Positions 1 to 9,054 of a stretch of 64,000 bases of DNA are shown piece by piece. A model generated the notes under the pieces. That model had not been told where the DNA came from and did not search any database. It saw only the letters and a program-made list of their open reading frames with translations. Within the stretch, counting starts at the first letter, position 1. Every line of letters starts with the position of its first letter. This DNA is from Bacteroidales bacterium (GTDB lineage Bacteria > Bacteroidota > Bacteroidia > Bacteroidales > P3): assembly GCA_017480185.1 (NCBI GenBank), contig JAFVBC010000008.1:114889-178888 (forward strand), in the 5' to 3' direction. Made by a program: the position numbers and the translations under genes.

Positions 1-363
1 ATAAGCTTTTCCAACATACACATAACCAGCCTCGTTGGGGGTGGTGTGGTAGTACATATTGATCAGTGGGGTATAGCCTTTATTGCGGAAATAGAACTGA
101 GCTAAACCAACACGGTTCTCAATAGTATCGGCCGAGATGTATTTGAAAGTAGCGGCTTGTGGAGCAAAAGTCGAGTCTGCCCATGAGATTTGAAGTGTAC
201 CTTGATCGGGAGTGTCGGGTGTCGGTGGGGTTGGGGGTTGAGGATTAACGTTACCACCGTTGTTGCCACCATTGCCTGGTTCTTCTTCAGGATCGTTACC
301 GCAAGCCACAACCAAAGTGGTAGCCAAAATAGCAACGCCTAAAAATTTGAAAATGTTTTTCAT
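1..363 (-). CDS. Lipoprotein, N-terminal part; gene continues past the window start
   Basis: Reverse-strand ATG at 363-361. Translation MKNIFKFLGVAILATTLVVACGNDPEEEPGNGGNNGG... has a signal peptide with an LVVAC lipobox, then a Gly/Asn/Pro-rich linker. The frame stays open to base 1. Not in the ORF track because it is truncated. Confidence 0.55.
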   Translation of the reverse strand, partial: MKNIFKFLGVAILATTLVVACGNDPEEEPGNGGNNGGNVNPQPPTPPTPDTPDQGTLQISWADSTFAPQAATFKYISADTIENRVGLAQFYFRNKGYTPLINMYYHTTPNEAGYVYVGKAY

Positions 364-541
364 GTTTTAATGTTTTAGGTTAGATTATTTCTGTAATGTA
401 TTCATTCCTAATCTTTGGGCAAAGATACGAAGAAAACGCCGAAAAAGTATAAAAAATGTGGTTGTAATTTGTTATATGATGTTAAAATACTGTAATGTAA
501 TGGTTTGGTCGGAAGTGGTGAGGCCAATTTAGGCTCATGTG

Positions 542-931
542 TTAGTCTATTTTTATTTGGCCTGTACCAATCTCTTTTGGGCTTATGCTATCAAGAATTC
601 GCACTACTTCTTTGTGTATTTCGAAATATTTGTCGGGGTGTTCGGAATAGTAGAAAAGGCTTCGTTCAACCTCTTCGCGCGACAGATGTTGTGATTCAAG
701 CAGGCGATCATAGGCCGATATTATCTCATCGTTTATTGAGTCGAATGTAAAATTAGTCTCAACCGCGTAGAACCCTTCCAGCTGATAAGCTTGCGTTAGA
801 AAGTTTACCATGTCATGGTGGTCAAGGATGCCGTCGGGAAGTCGGTTCCTATGGCAAGCAACTGAAATGCAACATGCGCATAGCAGTGCCAGTGTAAATA
901 TTCTGTGTGCAACCGATTTAGGCATGGTCAT
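542..931 (-). CDS. Small lipoprotein, function unknown; possibly DUF4296-like
   Basis: 129-aa ORF. N-terminus MTMPKSVAHRIFTLALLCACCISVAC is a lipoprotein signal peptide. No enzymatic motif seen. Confidence 0.5.
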   Translation of the reverse strand: MTMPKSVAHRIFTLALLCACCISVACHRNRLPDGILDHHDMVNFLTQAYQLEGFYAVETNFTFDSINDEIISAYDRLLESQHLSREEVERSLFYYSEHPDKYFEIHKEVVRILDSISPKEIGTGQIKID

Positions 932-977
932 GTATTGCTAAAAAAAATCCCCCGTAGATGGCGGTGGATTTTGCGTG

Positions 978-1052
978 TGGGAGTAACTGGGTTCGAACCA
1001 GTGACCTCCTGCTTGTAAGGCAGGCGCTCTGAACCAGCTGAGCTATACTCCC
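978..1052 (-). tRNA. tRNA-Val, anticodon TAC
   Basis: Reverse complement reads GGGAGTATAGCTCAGCTGGTTCAGAGCGCCTGCCTTACAAGCAGGAGGTCACTGGTTCGAACCCAGTTACTCCCA (75 nt). It has GTATAGCTCAGCTGG in the D-arm and GGTTCGAACCC in the T-arm. The anticodon stem CCTGC/GCAGG encloses loop CTTACAA, giving anticodon UAC. CCA is not encoded. Confidence 0.85.
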
Positions 1053-1135
1053 TCTCTTTTCGTTTGCAAAGGTACGTCTTTTTATGTTACTGGCAAAAAA
1101 AATGTTTCTGATAAATTGGTAAGTGCTAATAATCA

Positions 1136-1172
1136 TTGAAAAAAAAGAGAGCCGACGCTATGTCGGCTCTCT
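1136..1172 (-). terminator. Rho-independent terminator downstream of lipoprotein gene 1193..1633
   Basis: Minus strand reads GAGAGCCGAC-atagc-GTCGGCTCTC, a 10-bp GC-rich stem, followed by TTTTTTTT. Confidence 0.55.
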
Positions 1173-1192
1173 TAAACAAGTCTCGCTTAAAC

Positions 1193-1633
1193 TTATTTTT
1201 GTTTACGACCAGTTGAAGATGTTCCAACATTGCCTTGCACATTGTTGGGGTCAACTGCGTTAACAGCGGCTTGAGCAGCTGCATTGGCAACTTTACGACC
1301 AGTCGATGAGGTGTTGGTGTTGCCTTGCACGTTGTTGGGGTCAATAGCGTTGCCAGCCTCCGAGATAGCGGCTTCGGCAGCGGCAGTACCAGCGGCTACG
1401 GCCACTTCTTTCACAGTGGCTTTCTTGGTAGTGGCCTGCTTCTTAACGGGCTCGTCGTTTACCACTTCGACTACATCTTCGGCGATGGTGTCAACTATCT
1501 CGTCGACTACAGTCTCGATAGCGGTGGTGTCTTCCTCAGGAAGTTCAACTTCGGTGTTGGCTTTGCTCTTGCAAGCAACGGTCAAACCCATGGCGATGAC
1601 TGCTATAGCAGCCAGTCTGAACATTTTCTTCAT
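1193..1633 (-). CDS. Lipoprotein with an acidic region and a duplicated C-terminal motif
   Basis: 146-aa ORF. N-terminus MKKMFRLAAIAVIAMGLTVAC is a lipobox signal. The C-terminus carries two copies of A(I/V)DPNNVQGN(T/V)..TSSTGRK. The duplication is also visible at nucleotide level around 1200-1330. Confidence 0.55.
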   Translation of the reverse strand: MKKMFRLAAIAVIAMGLTVACKSKANTEVELPEEDTTAIETVVDEIVDTIAEDVVEVVNDEPVKKQATTKKATVKEVAVAAGTAAAEAAISEAGNAIDPNNVQGNTNTSSTGRKVANAAAQAAVNAVDPNNVQGNVGTSSTGRKQK

Positions 1634-1674
1634 TTTTCTATTCTTTTTGCTTATTTGCTATTTCTTTGTGTTGA

Positions 1675-2232
1675 TTAGCGAGTAAGAGCTTGATTTCTTA
1701 CTTTGACCTCCAAAGTAGCCTCAACCACATTGCTCAAGTCGTGTTCACCGTCCCAAGCGTCGTAGTTGAACATGGTGGCCTCAATGTCGGCCGACACATT
1801 CAAGTTGTCAGCGTCAAATTCGGTAACCTTAATTTCGCATTTCTTTGTCCACCAGTCGGGAGTGGTAGCATTGTCTTTGTAGTAGGTGAGTTCAGAAATG
1901 TTCTCGTTGAAAGTGGTCAAAGCGGGGATTTCATAGTATACACCCAAAGAGTCGGTCTGCTCGGTAGCTGTAACAGTGGCTTTGAAAGTCTTTTCCTTGC
2001 CAAGGAAACTGGTGCACAATGCGGGATTGTGGCCAGCGGTTTCGTTTGCAAAAATGTAAACAAAGCCAGTGGGGAGGAGTTTTGCACTGATAGCATCACT
2101 TGCAGCAGCCCATTCGGTGCCAGCAAACGTTACGTTTACGCCGTCGGGAGTCTCGTCATCTTTTTTGCAAGCGGTAAACAGCATGCTACCAGCCAGCATG
2201 GCCACGGCCATCAGTTTGAATGTGTTTTTCAT
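1675..2232 (-). CDS. Lipoprotein, function unknown
   Basis: The ORF-track ORF 1675..2361 has a long unlikely leader. The internal ATG at 2232 gives MKNTFKLMAVAMLAGSMLFTAC, a lipoprotein signal, and a 185-aa product. Confidence 0.5.
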   Translation of the reverse strand: MKNTFKLMAVAMLAGSMLFTACKKDDETPDGVNVTFAGTEWAAASDAISAKLLPTGFVYIFANETAGHNPALCTSFLGKEKTFKATVTATEQTDSLGVYYEIPALTTFNENISELTYYKDNATTPDWWTKKCEIKVTEFDADNLNVSADIEATMFNYDAWDGEHDLSNVVEATLEVKVRNQALTR

Positions 2233-2376
2233 GTTGTTGATTTGTTTTAAGTTAATTATTCGTTTCTTGGTATAATTTCTATCCTTACGAAGTGCAAAGT
2301 TACTTTTTTTTTGTGTAGTCGGAAATAAAAGCTTTGCTTTAAGTTTTTTTAACGTTGACAAATAGTGTCGGACGTG

Positions 2377-3474
2377 TCAACGCTTAATATCGAGCGCGTC
2401 GCGCAGACCGCTCCCCACCAGCATAAAGGCCAATACAATGAGCATTATTGCTGCTCCAGGTAGCAATGCCAGATAGGCACTGTCGAGCATCAAGTAGCCA
2501 TAGTTCTCCTTTACCATCATACCCCACGATGGGGTCGGCGGTTGCACGCCGATGCCGAGAAAACTCAATCCGGCTTCGAGTAGTATGGCGCTTGCAAAAT
2601 TTGAGGCAGCTATGACCACTACTGCACCTGCCGTGTTGGGCAGTATGTGGCGCACGATGATGCGTAGTGGGCGGTAGCCCAGTGCTCGGGCGGCTTCGAC
2701 ATATTCTTTCTCTTTCAGCGACATCACTTCGCCACGCACCACACGTGCCACGTCGACCCACATGGTCAAACCCACGGCCACGAATATTTGCCAAAATCCT
2801 TTGCCCAAAGCAAAGGTTATGGCTATCACGAGTAGCACCGTCGGTATAGACCACACCACGTTTATGAGCCACATGATGGCATTGTCGACCCATCCACCAA
2901 AGTAGGCTGCTGCTGCTCCAAGGGTTATGCCAATGACCAACGCAATTATAATGGCTATGAATCCTACCGATAGGCTCACCCTCGAGCCAATCATGAGCAT
3001 GCTGGCCACATCGCGTCCAAAGGCATCGGTGCCAAGCATAAAGGTACGATGTTTAATGCCGACCACTTCGCTGTTTGCCCATGCCAAACGTTGCCCAGCC
3101 ATCGAGAAGGCTACAGTGCTGTCGGCCTCTTGGTTCACACTCTGCACAGGTACAGCGGTGTAGGGCAACGGGGCTCCGTGAATCAAGGTGCTTATCCACG
3201 ATGGGCGTGGCTTGTCGGAGAGCGAGTTGTGCAGACAAACAAACGTTGCCTTGCTACCTGGTTTAAGTGTGGCCAACTCAAGATATTGCTGATTGCAGTG
3301 TGGGGTGTGGTCGGGAGTGATGATATAGCCCATTATCGACATGATTGAGAAGAGGGCAATCACCACCAGTCCCGACACAGCGAGTGGGTTGCGGCAAAAC
3401 TTGCGCCATGCCAGTTGGTCAAGCGACAATCCAACCAGCGCGTCAACGCGTCGTTTTCTTTTCTGCTGCAACAT
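2377..3474 (-). CDS. ABC transporter permease, oligopeptide/dipeptide OppC/DppC family
   Basis: 365-aa polytopic protein. It carries the ABC permease EAA-like signature region EAARALGYRPLRIIVRHILPNTAGAVVVIAASNFASAILLEAGLSFLGIG. Confidence 0.8.
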   Translation of the reverse strand: MLQQKRKRRVDALVGLSLDQLAWRKFCRNPLAVSGLVVIALFSIMSIMGYIITPDHTPHCNQQYLELATLKPGSKATFVCLHNSLSDKPRPSWISTLIHGAPLPYTAVPVQSVNQEADSTVAFSMAGQRLAWANSEVVGIKHRTFMLGTDAFGRDVASMLMIGSRVSLSVGFIAIIIALVIGITLGAAAAYFGGWVDNAIMWLINVVWSIPTVLLVIAITFALGKGFWQIFVAVGLTMWVDVARVVRGEVMSLKEKEYVEAARALGYRPLRIIVRHILPNTAGAVVVIAASNFASAILLEAGLSFLGIGVQPPTPSWGMMVKENYGYLMLDSAYLALLPGAAIMLIVLAFMLVGSGLRDALDIKR

Positions 3475-3500
3475 GGCAAGAGGGCTGTGTTGAGGTAAGA

Positions 3501-3818
3501 CTACATCAGCCCGAGTTCAACCTTTGCGTCGTCGCTCATGCGGTCGGTGCTCCATGGTGGGTCGAACGTCAGCTGCACGTCTACGCTTTTCACCTCGTTG
3601 ATATAACCTATCATCTGTTTCACTTCCATAAAGAGGTATTCGCTCTCGGGACAATCGGGGGCGGTCATTGTCATCAGCACGCGCACGTTGTACTCGTCGT
3701 CAATGGCAATGTCGTACACCAGTCCGAGGTCGTATATGTTGACTGGTATCTCGGGGTCGTAAATCGAGCGCAGGCAGTTCACCACTGCGTCGTTAATCAT
3801 CTCTTTTGTTATGGTCAT
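3501..3818 (-). CDS. DUF59/MIP18-family Fe-S assembly protein (SufT-like)
   Basis: 105 aa containing ...DPEIPVNIYDLGLVYDI..., typical of DUF59. Its start overlaps the upstream SufE stop in an ATGA arrangement. Confidence 0.75.
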   Translation of the reverse strand: MTITKEMINDAVVNCLRSIYDPEIPVNIYDLGLVYDIAIDDEYNVRVLMTMTAPDCPESEYLFMEVKQMIGYINEVKSVDVQLTFDPPWSTDRMSDDAKVELGLM

Positions 3819-4261
3819 TGCTCGGACGATGTTTGATTGGTCGGTTGTTTCATCGAGTAGGCCAGGGCATACATTTTCATTTGCTTCACCATCGAAGTGA
3901 GGCCGTTAGAGCGTGTGGGCGACAGATGTTCGCGCAGCCCTATGGCATCGATAAACGACAGGTCGGCGTTCATAATATCGGACGGCGTCTGCCCATCCAG
4001 CACACGAATCAGCAGCGTGATGATGCCACGAGTGATGAGGGCATCGCTGTCGGCCTGAAAAAAGAGGCGGCCATCGCGATAGTCGCAGTTCAGCCACACC
4101 CTCGATTGGCATCCTTTAATCAGGTTGGCTTCGGTTTTGTGGCGTTCGTCGATGGTGGGACAGTCTTTGCCCAAGTCGATCAGATAGGCATACTTGTCGA
4201 GCCACTCATCGAAGTTGGCAAACTCGTCAATCACCTGTTGGGCTATTTCGTTGGTTGTCAT
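3815..4261 (-). CDS. sufE: Cysteine desulfuration protein SufE
   Basis: 148 aa with the conserved SufE active-site region LIKGCQSRVWL. Translationally coupled to the DUF59 gene. Confidence 0.8.
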   Translation of the reverse strand: MTTNEIAQQVIDEFANFDEWLDKYAYLIDLGKDCPTIDERHKTEANLIKGCQSRVWLNCDYRDGRLFFQADSDALITRGIITLLIRVLDGQTPSDIMNADLSFIDAIGLREHLSPTRSNGLTSMVKQMKMYALAYSMKQPTNQTSSEQ

Positions 4262-4287
4262 TGTTGAAAAGGGATGAACTGTGGGTT

Positions 4288-5433
4288 TTATTTAGGTGCT
4301 TTTTTTACCAACACGTAGGCTGCCACGGCAAATACCAATTGTGGCAACAGTACGGCCATAAAAGGCGAGAGGTTGCCGTTGATGGCAAACGTGGAGGTGA
4401 TTTTCATAAAGAATATGTAGGCAAACGCCAGGGTGATGCCCACGGCCAAGTGCATGCCCATGCCACCGCGTGTTTTGCGTGAGGCTACGGCCACGCCTAT
4501 TATAGACATTATGATTATAGCCAACGGCGTCATAAGCCGCTGGTAGAGTTCGATCTCGGCCTCTTTCACCAGTCCTGTTCCACGCTGTCGCTCGCGAGCA
4601 ATGTGCTGCCACAGCCGCGGTGTGGTCATGGTCTCGATGCGCTGCGCTTTTATGTCGAAGTCGGCATCGGTCAGTCCAAGATGCTGTTCGGCATAGGCTT
4701 TGAAACTGAGGCTCTCCACTCCGTCGGCACCAATGGTGCGATTGGCATAGTTGCTGCACTGCCATAATTGGCGCGTAGTGTCGAAGGTGATGATGTCGGC
4801 GGTTTGGCGTTGCAGCAGATGTCCGTAGTCGTCGAACGATTCGATGCGCACCTTGTGGCCACGATGCTGACGCACGTCGTAGCTGTCGGCATAAACCAGG
4901 GTGTGGCTGTCGGCTTGAAAGTGGATGTCGCTGTAGTAGTTTGTGGCGCGTTTCTTTACGTAGTGTTCTTCAAAATCAAACAATGTGCGGTTCGACACAG
5001 GGATAACAAAGTTGCCCAACACCAACACCAGTGCCGCCACCACCAGTGAGCCGTGCATGTAGGGACGCAACATGCGCTTGTAACTGATGCCTGCTCCCAG
5101 AATGGCTATCACCTCGGTGTTGGTGGCCATTTTTGAGGTAAAGAAAATGACCGATATGAATACAAACAGCGGACTGAACAGATTGACAAACCCTGGCAGG
5201 AAGTTCAGATAGTATTGAAACACAATCTTGTCGAGTGGAGCGTGGTGCGACAAAAAGTCGTCGAGCTTTTCCGAGAGGTCGAACGTGATGATGATGACGA
5301 TGATGAGCGCCATGGCCAGCAGGAACGTCTTGATGTATTTCAGCAAGATGTAGCGGTCAATGCGGTTGTAGTGCAGGCGACTCATGCTATGGTTGCAGGG
5401 TTGAATATCAATCTTGTAGGTGTTATGCCCCAT
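4288..5433 (-). CDS. LptF/LptG-family permease (YjgP/YjgQ)
   Basis: Polytopic membrane protein with N-terminus ...RIDRYILLKYIKTFLLAMALIIVIIITF..., characteristic of LptF/G. The ORF-track start at 5442 is TTG. The first ATG is at 5433 and another is at 5385, so the start is uncertain. Confidence 0.8.
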   Translation of the reverse strand: MGHNTYKIDIQPCNHSMSRLHYNRIDRYILLKYIKTFLLAMALIIVIIITFDLSEKLDDFLSHHAPLDKIVFQYYLNFLPGFVNLFSPLFVFISVIFFTSKMATNTEVIAILGAGISYKRMLRPYMHGSLVVAALVLVLGNFVIPVSNRTLFDFEEHYVKKRATNYYSDIHFQADSHTLVYADSYDVRQHRGHKVRIESFDDYGHLLQRQTADIITFDTTRQLWQCSNYANRTIGADGVESLSFKAYAEQHLGLTDADFDIKAQRIETMTTPRLWQHIARERQRGTGLVKEAEIELYQRLMTPLAIIIMSIIGVAVASRKTRGGMGMHLAVGITLAFAYIFFMKITSTFAINGNLSPFMAVLLPQLVFAVAAYVLVKKAPK

Positions 5434-5511
5434 TGCGGACAATCACCGCAAAGTTACTCTTTTTTCGCAAACGCCTATTGCTATCTGTTTTGGGGCACAT
5501 CATGTAGGCTG

Positions 5512-5613
5512 CATGTAGGGGGCAAGTAAGGCCGTTCTTCAGTTGTTCTTCAGTCAACGACTGAAGAACAACTGAAGAACGACTGAAGAAATGCCTTAGT
5601 TGATCCCTACTTG
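5512..5613. repeat. Intergenic nested palindromic repeat, copy A; right arm degenerate
   Basis: catgtaggg-ggCAAGTAAGGCCGTTCTTCAGttGTTCTTCAGTCAACGACTGAAGAAcaACTGAAGAACGACTGAAGAAatgccttagttgat-ccctacttg. The same element recurs at 28925..29026 and 41464..41545. Confidence 0.6.
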
Positions 5614-5755
5614 ATGCTTGGTTGCACCACCAATGTTTCATTCACGTAGGTTAAGCAATGTGTGTTTGTTGCAAAGACTCACGGGGTAGCCATCGAGGCT
5701 TGCAAAAAACAGGGGTGCGCAAAATATGTGTGTGCGGCGCGCGTTATGTAACCGT

Positions 5756-8700
5756 ATGCACCCATTTGTTATATGCAAGGCCTCGGCAGGGGCGGGCAAG
5801 ACGTTCACCCTTGTCAAGGAGTATCTGCGTTTTGTGCTTCAGGGCGACGAGCAGGGCATAGCGCGACGATTTCGGTCGGTGCTTGCTGTTACCTTTACCA
5901 ACAAGGCCACCAACGAGATGAAAGAGCGCGTGCTGCGCGAAGTGGATGCTATTGCCACCATGCCCATAGGGGGCGAATTGACGGGAATGGGACGTGCTCT
6001 TTACGAGAGCATGCTCGAACAAGAGCCCTCGCTCGGACCCGACCAGTTGCGCAGTCGAGCCGAAAGGCTGCGATCAATAATCCTGCACCACTATTCCGAC
6101 CTTTCGGTCTATACCATCGACTCGTTTATGCACCGCATTGTGCGCACTTTTGCCCAAGATCTTGATCAGCCTGTCAATTTCGACCTTATGGTTGATTCTG
6201 ACGATATGCTCAGCCATGCCGTCGAGCAGTTGATGGATAAAGTGGGGCAAGAGGGGAACGAACAACTGACAGCTCTGGTGGTCGACTATGCCTCAAACAT
6301 GATGCAGGATGGGAGCCCGTTCGACATCGAGCGGCGCTTGGGCGAACTGGGTACCGAGTTGCTCACCGAGCGTGGCGAACAAAACGTGCGTCGGCTGACG
6401 CAGTTGTCGTTGCCCGACTTCCGACAGTTGGCTCGGCGTTATGCCGCATATTGTCGTCGGTATGAGTCCGAGGTGCGCTCGGTGGCAAAACAGATGGTGC
6501 AGTGGGCCGCTGAGCATGGGGTGGAGGTGAGTATGACGGTGCAGAAGTCGCGCGGATGGTTGGCCTTTGTGTCCGAACTTGCTGTAGGACGCATAAAAAA
6601 GCCCTCGGCTACGCTGATGAAGGCTTTGCAAACTCACGACATGCTTGACAAGAAGTTGCCACCCGACACGCAGGCCAATCTGAACCCAACGCTGCCAGAT
6701 TTGTTCGCGCTTGCCGACAAGTTGCTTGCCCTTATGGACGAGCAATACGTGAACTATCAGACGGCCAAACTGGTGTTGAAGAATATGCACGTAGAGGCTT
6801 TGCTCGGAGCTCTCGACCACGAACTGCAACAATACCTTCGCGAAACCGGCACCCTGCACATATCGTCGTTCAACAAATTGATAAATCGGGTTGTGGAAAA
6901 CGAACCTGCCCCATTCCTTTTCGAACGACTTGGCAATCGTTATAGGCATGTGTTGATAGACGAGTTTCAAGACACATCGGTGCTGCAATGGCACAACATG
7001 GTGCCCTTGATGGAGAACGGTGTGGCCGAGGGACACGGTTCGATGGTGGTGGGCGACGGTAAACAGGCCATTTATCGCTTCCGTCAAGGTGATGTGCAAC
7101 AGTTTATAGACCTGCCCCATGTGCGCAACATGGCATCGCAACATGGCACGCTGGCTGTGGCGGGCAACTTTGAACACACACGACTGGTGGGCAACTTCCG
7201 CACGGCAAGGCAGGTGGTTGAGTTTAACAACGGTTTCTTTTCGTGGTTGGTGAGACATCGGTATGCCGACAACGACCTGGCCTCGGCTGTATATTTGGGA
7301 CACGACCCCTCGGGGCAATTGCTCCCCGTCGGCAGCGAGGAACTGCGACAAACGCCATGCAGCCCACAAGAAGGTTGCGTCACGATAGACTATGCCCCCA
7401 AGGGCGACGTTGACGCCCTGTGTGGCGCTGTGCTTGCACGGGCCGAGGAGTTGGTGGGCAAGCGCGGTTTCGCTCCCCACGAGGTGATGATCCTAACCCA
7501 TCGCAATCGCGATTTGGCACTGGTGGCCGACTATATGGCTGCCAACAGCACCATTCCTACCACCTCGGCCGAGACACTTTTGTTGCGCAATAGCGACGCC
7601 GTCATGGCGGTGGTGGAAGCCTTGCGTGTGCTTGCCAATCCTGCCGACCGAGTGTCGGCTGTGGCCGTGTGTTTCCATCTCGACCGTCTTGGCTTGATTG
7701 GTGAAGGCGTTGCCGAACGCATTGCGGCCGATGCCTCAATAAACATTGACGGATGGTTGGCTGCATGTGTGCCTCCGATCGATTTCAATATACGCTATCT
7801 TTCATCGCTCGACCTTTACGATTGTTGCGAACACATCATCCGACGCCTACGTCTCGGTGGTGTCGACACCCCATATTTGGCCGCTTTCCTAAACAAAGTG
7901 GCCACCTTTGCATCGCATCGCGACTGCTCAATACAGGCTTTCCTGGAATGGTTCGACAGTAAGAAAGAGCTCAGCGCCTCAACATCGGACAACCTTGATG
8001 CGGTGAAACTAATGACCATTCATAAGGCCAAAGGACTTGAAGCACCGGCAGTGATAGCCCTGTTTCGCAACCACACAGCACGTGCAAAAGCCTTGTGGGT
8101 CGATGTGCCTCCAATTGACGACGAGGCTGTGCAGTTGCCCGTGGCTAATCTGACGTTGGCTAAAGAGAGTTCCACACTCTTTGATGCCGACAGACAGCAC
8201 GAGGAAGAGATGCAGGCTGTTGATGCACTGAACATGGCCTACGTGGCTTTGACACGCCCACGTGAACGGCTGTGTGTTGTGCTTGAAGAGGGCTCGGAAA
8301 AGGGAAAAAACGAAGTGATGGCCGACCTGATGAAAGCCTTTGTTGAAGAGTGCAAGCCCGAAATGGGCAATGTGGAGGCTTCGCGCACGGCTGTGGCACA
8401 AGCCCCCAAGAGCGACATTACCGAAGTTGAGCAATTGAGCTATGCCGATTGGACTACAAAAGTGCGTGTGGCCTCGCCGACCGAACAGCGCCTGGACGAT
8501 GTTAGAGCAGAGGCAATACGCTTCGGACAGCATGCCCACGATTTGCTGTCTGGTATAAAGAATATTGATAATGTGAGCAGTGCGCTTGAAGAGTTTTTTG
8601 CTTTGCACAACATTGCCGATGGCGAACAGCAGCGACTGAACGACCTTGTGGCAAGGGTTACCACCGACAAATTGTGCCAAGACTTTTTTGCCGCAGATGC

Positions 8701-8935
8701 CGAAGTGCTTAACGAGTGTGAATTTGTGGCCGACGGACACCTGCTGCGCCCCGATAGGGTGGTTATCAAGGAGGGTAAATGCTTGGTTGTTGACTATAAG
8801 ACTGGGGCAGAAATGGCCGACCATGCACTGCAGGTTAGACAATATTGCGAGGCAATGAAGCGCATGGGATATGATGAGGTTTCGGGATGGATAGTTTATC
8901 TGATGCCCGATGTGAAGGTGGTGCAATGCGCTTGA
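5756..8935 (+). CDS. UvrD-family helicase fused to a PD-(D/E)XK (RecB-type) nuclease; AddA/RecB-like
   Basis: SF1 helicase motifs are present. Motif I is KASAGAGKTFTL, motif II is VLIDEFQDTS and motif III is GDGKQAIYRFRQGD. Motifs V and VI are TIHKAKGLEAP and YVALTRPRERL. The C-terminal nuclease motif is CEFVADGHLLRPDRV...CLVVDYKTG. Preferred start is the ATG at 5756 (MHPFVICKASAGAGKTF). The ORF track starts 10 codons earlier at 5726. Confidence 0.8.
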   Translation: MHPFVICKASAGAGKTFTLVKEYLRFVLQGDEQGIARRFRSVLAVTFTNKATNEMKERVLREVDAIATMPIGGELTGMGRALYESMLEQEPSLGPDQLRSRAERLRSIILHHYSDLSVYTIDSFMHRIVRTFAQDLDQPVNFDLMVDSDDMLSHAVEQLMDKVGQEGNEQLTALVVDYASNMMQDGSPFDIERRLGELGTELLTERGEQNVRRLTQLSLPDFRQLARRYAAYCRRYESEVRSVAKQMVQWAAEHGVEVSMTVQKSRGWLAFVSELAVGRIKKPSATLMKALQTHDMLDKKLPPDTQANLNPTLPDLFALADKLLALMDEQYVNYQTAKLVLKNMHVEALLGALDHELQQYLRETGTLHISSFNKLINRVVENEPAPFLFERLGNRYRHVLIDEFQDTSVLQWHNMVPLMENGVAEGHGSMVVGDGKQAIYRFRQGDVQQFIDLPHVRNMASQHGTLAVAGNFEHTRLVGNFRTARQVVEFNNGFFSWLVRHRYADNDLASAVYLGHDPSGQLLPVGSEELRQTPCSPQEGCVTIDYAPKGDVDALCGAVLARAEELVGKRGFAPHEVMILTHRNRDLALVADYMAANSTIPTTSAETLLLRNSDAVMAVVEALRVLANPADRVSAVAVCFHLDRLGLIGEGVAERIAADASINIDGWLAACVPPIDFNIRYLSSLDLYDCCEHIIRRLRLGGVDTPYLAAFLNKVATFASHRDCSIQAFLEWFDSKKELSASTSDNLDAVKLMTIHKAKGLEAPAVIALFRNHTARAKALWVDVPPIDDEAVQLPVANLTLAKESSTLFDADRQHEEEMQAVDALNMAYVALTRPRERLCVVLEEGSEKGKNEVMADLMKAFVEECKPEMGNVEASRTAVAQAPKSDITEVEQLSYADWTTKVRVASPTEQRLDDVRAEAIRFGQHAHDLLSGIKNIDNVSSALEEFFALHNIADGEQQRLNDLVARVTTDKLCQDFFAADAEVLNECEFVADGHLLRPDRVVIKEGKCLVVDYKTGAEMADHALQVRQYCEAMKRMGYDEVSGWIVYLMPDVKVVQCA

Positions 8936-9054
8936 AAAGGACAAATGTTTCAACAATTATTTGTTGGTAAAAGAAAAAAAGCATAATTTAGCATCTGAAA
9001 AAGTGGTGTAGACACGGTCTACTATTGTTGATTAAACGATTAAAAGACAAAGAT

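Noticed and set aside
978-1052. tRNA-Val as a genomic-island integration site
   Set aside because: No integrase or recombinase gene and no direct repeat of the tRNA 3' end were found in the window. The neighbouring genes are small lipoproteins only.
6293-7480. 395-aa ORF antisense to the AddA-like helicase gene
   Set aside because: Shadow ORF in a GC-rich gene. His/Gln/Leu-rich low-complexity translation. The sense strand carries complete helicase motifs.
8009-8956. 315-aa minus-strand ORF inside the helicase-nuclease 3' region
   Set aside because: Antisense to the well-supported RecB nuclease motif region. No motifs and odd composition.
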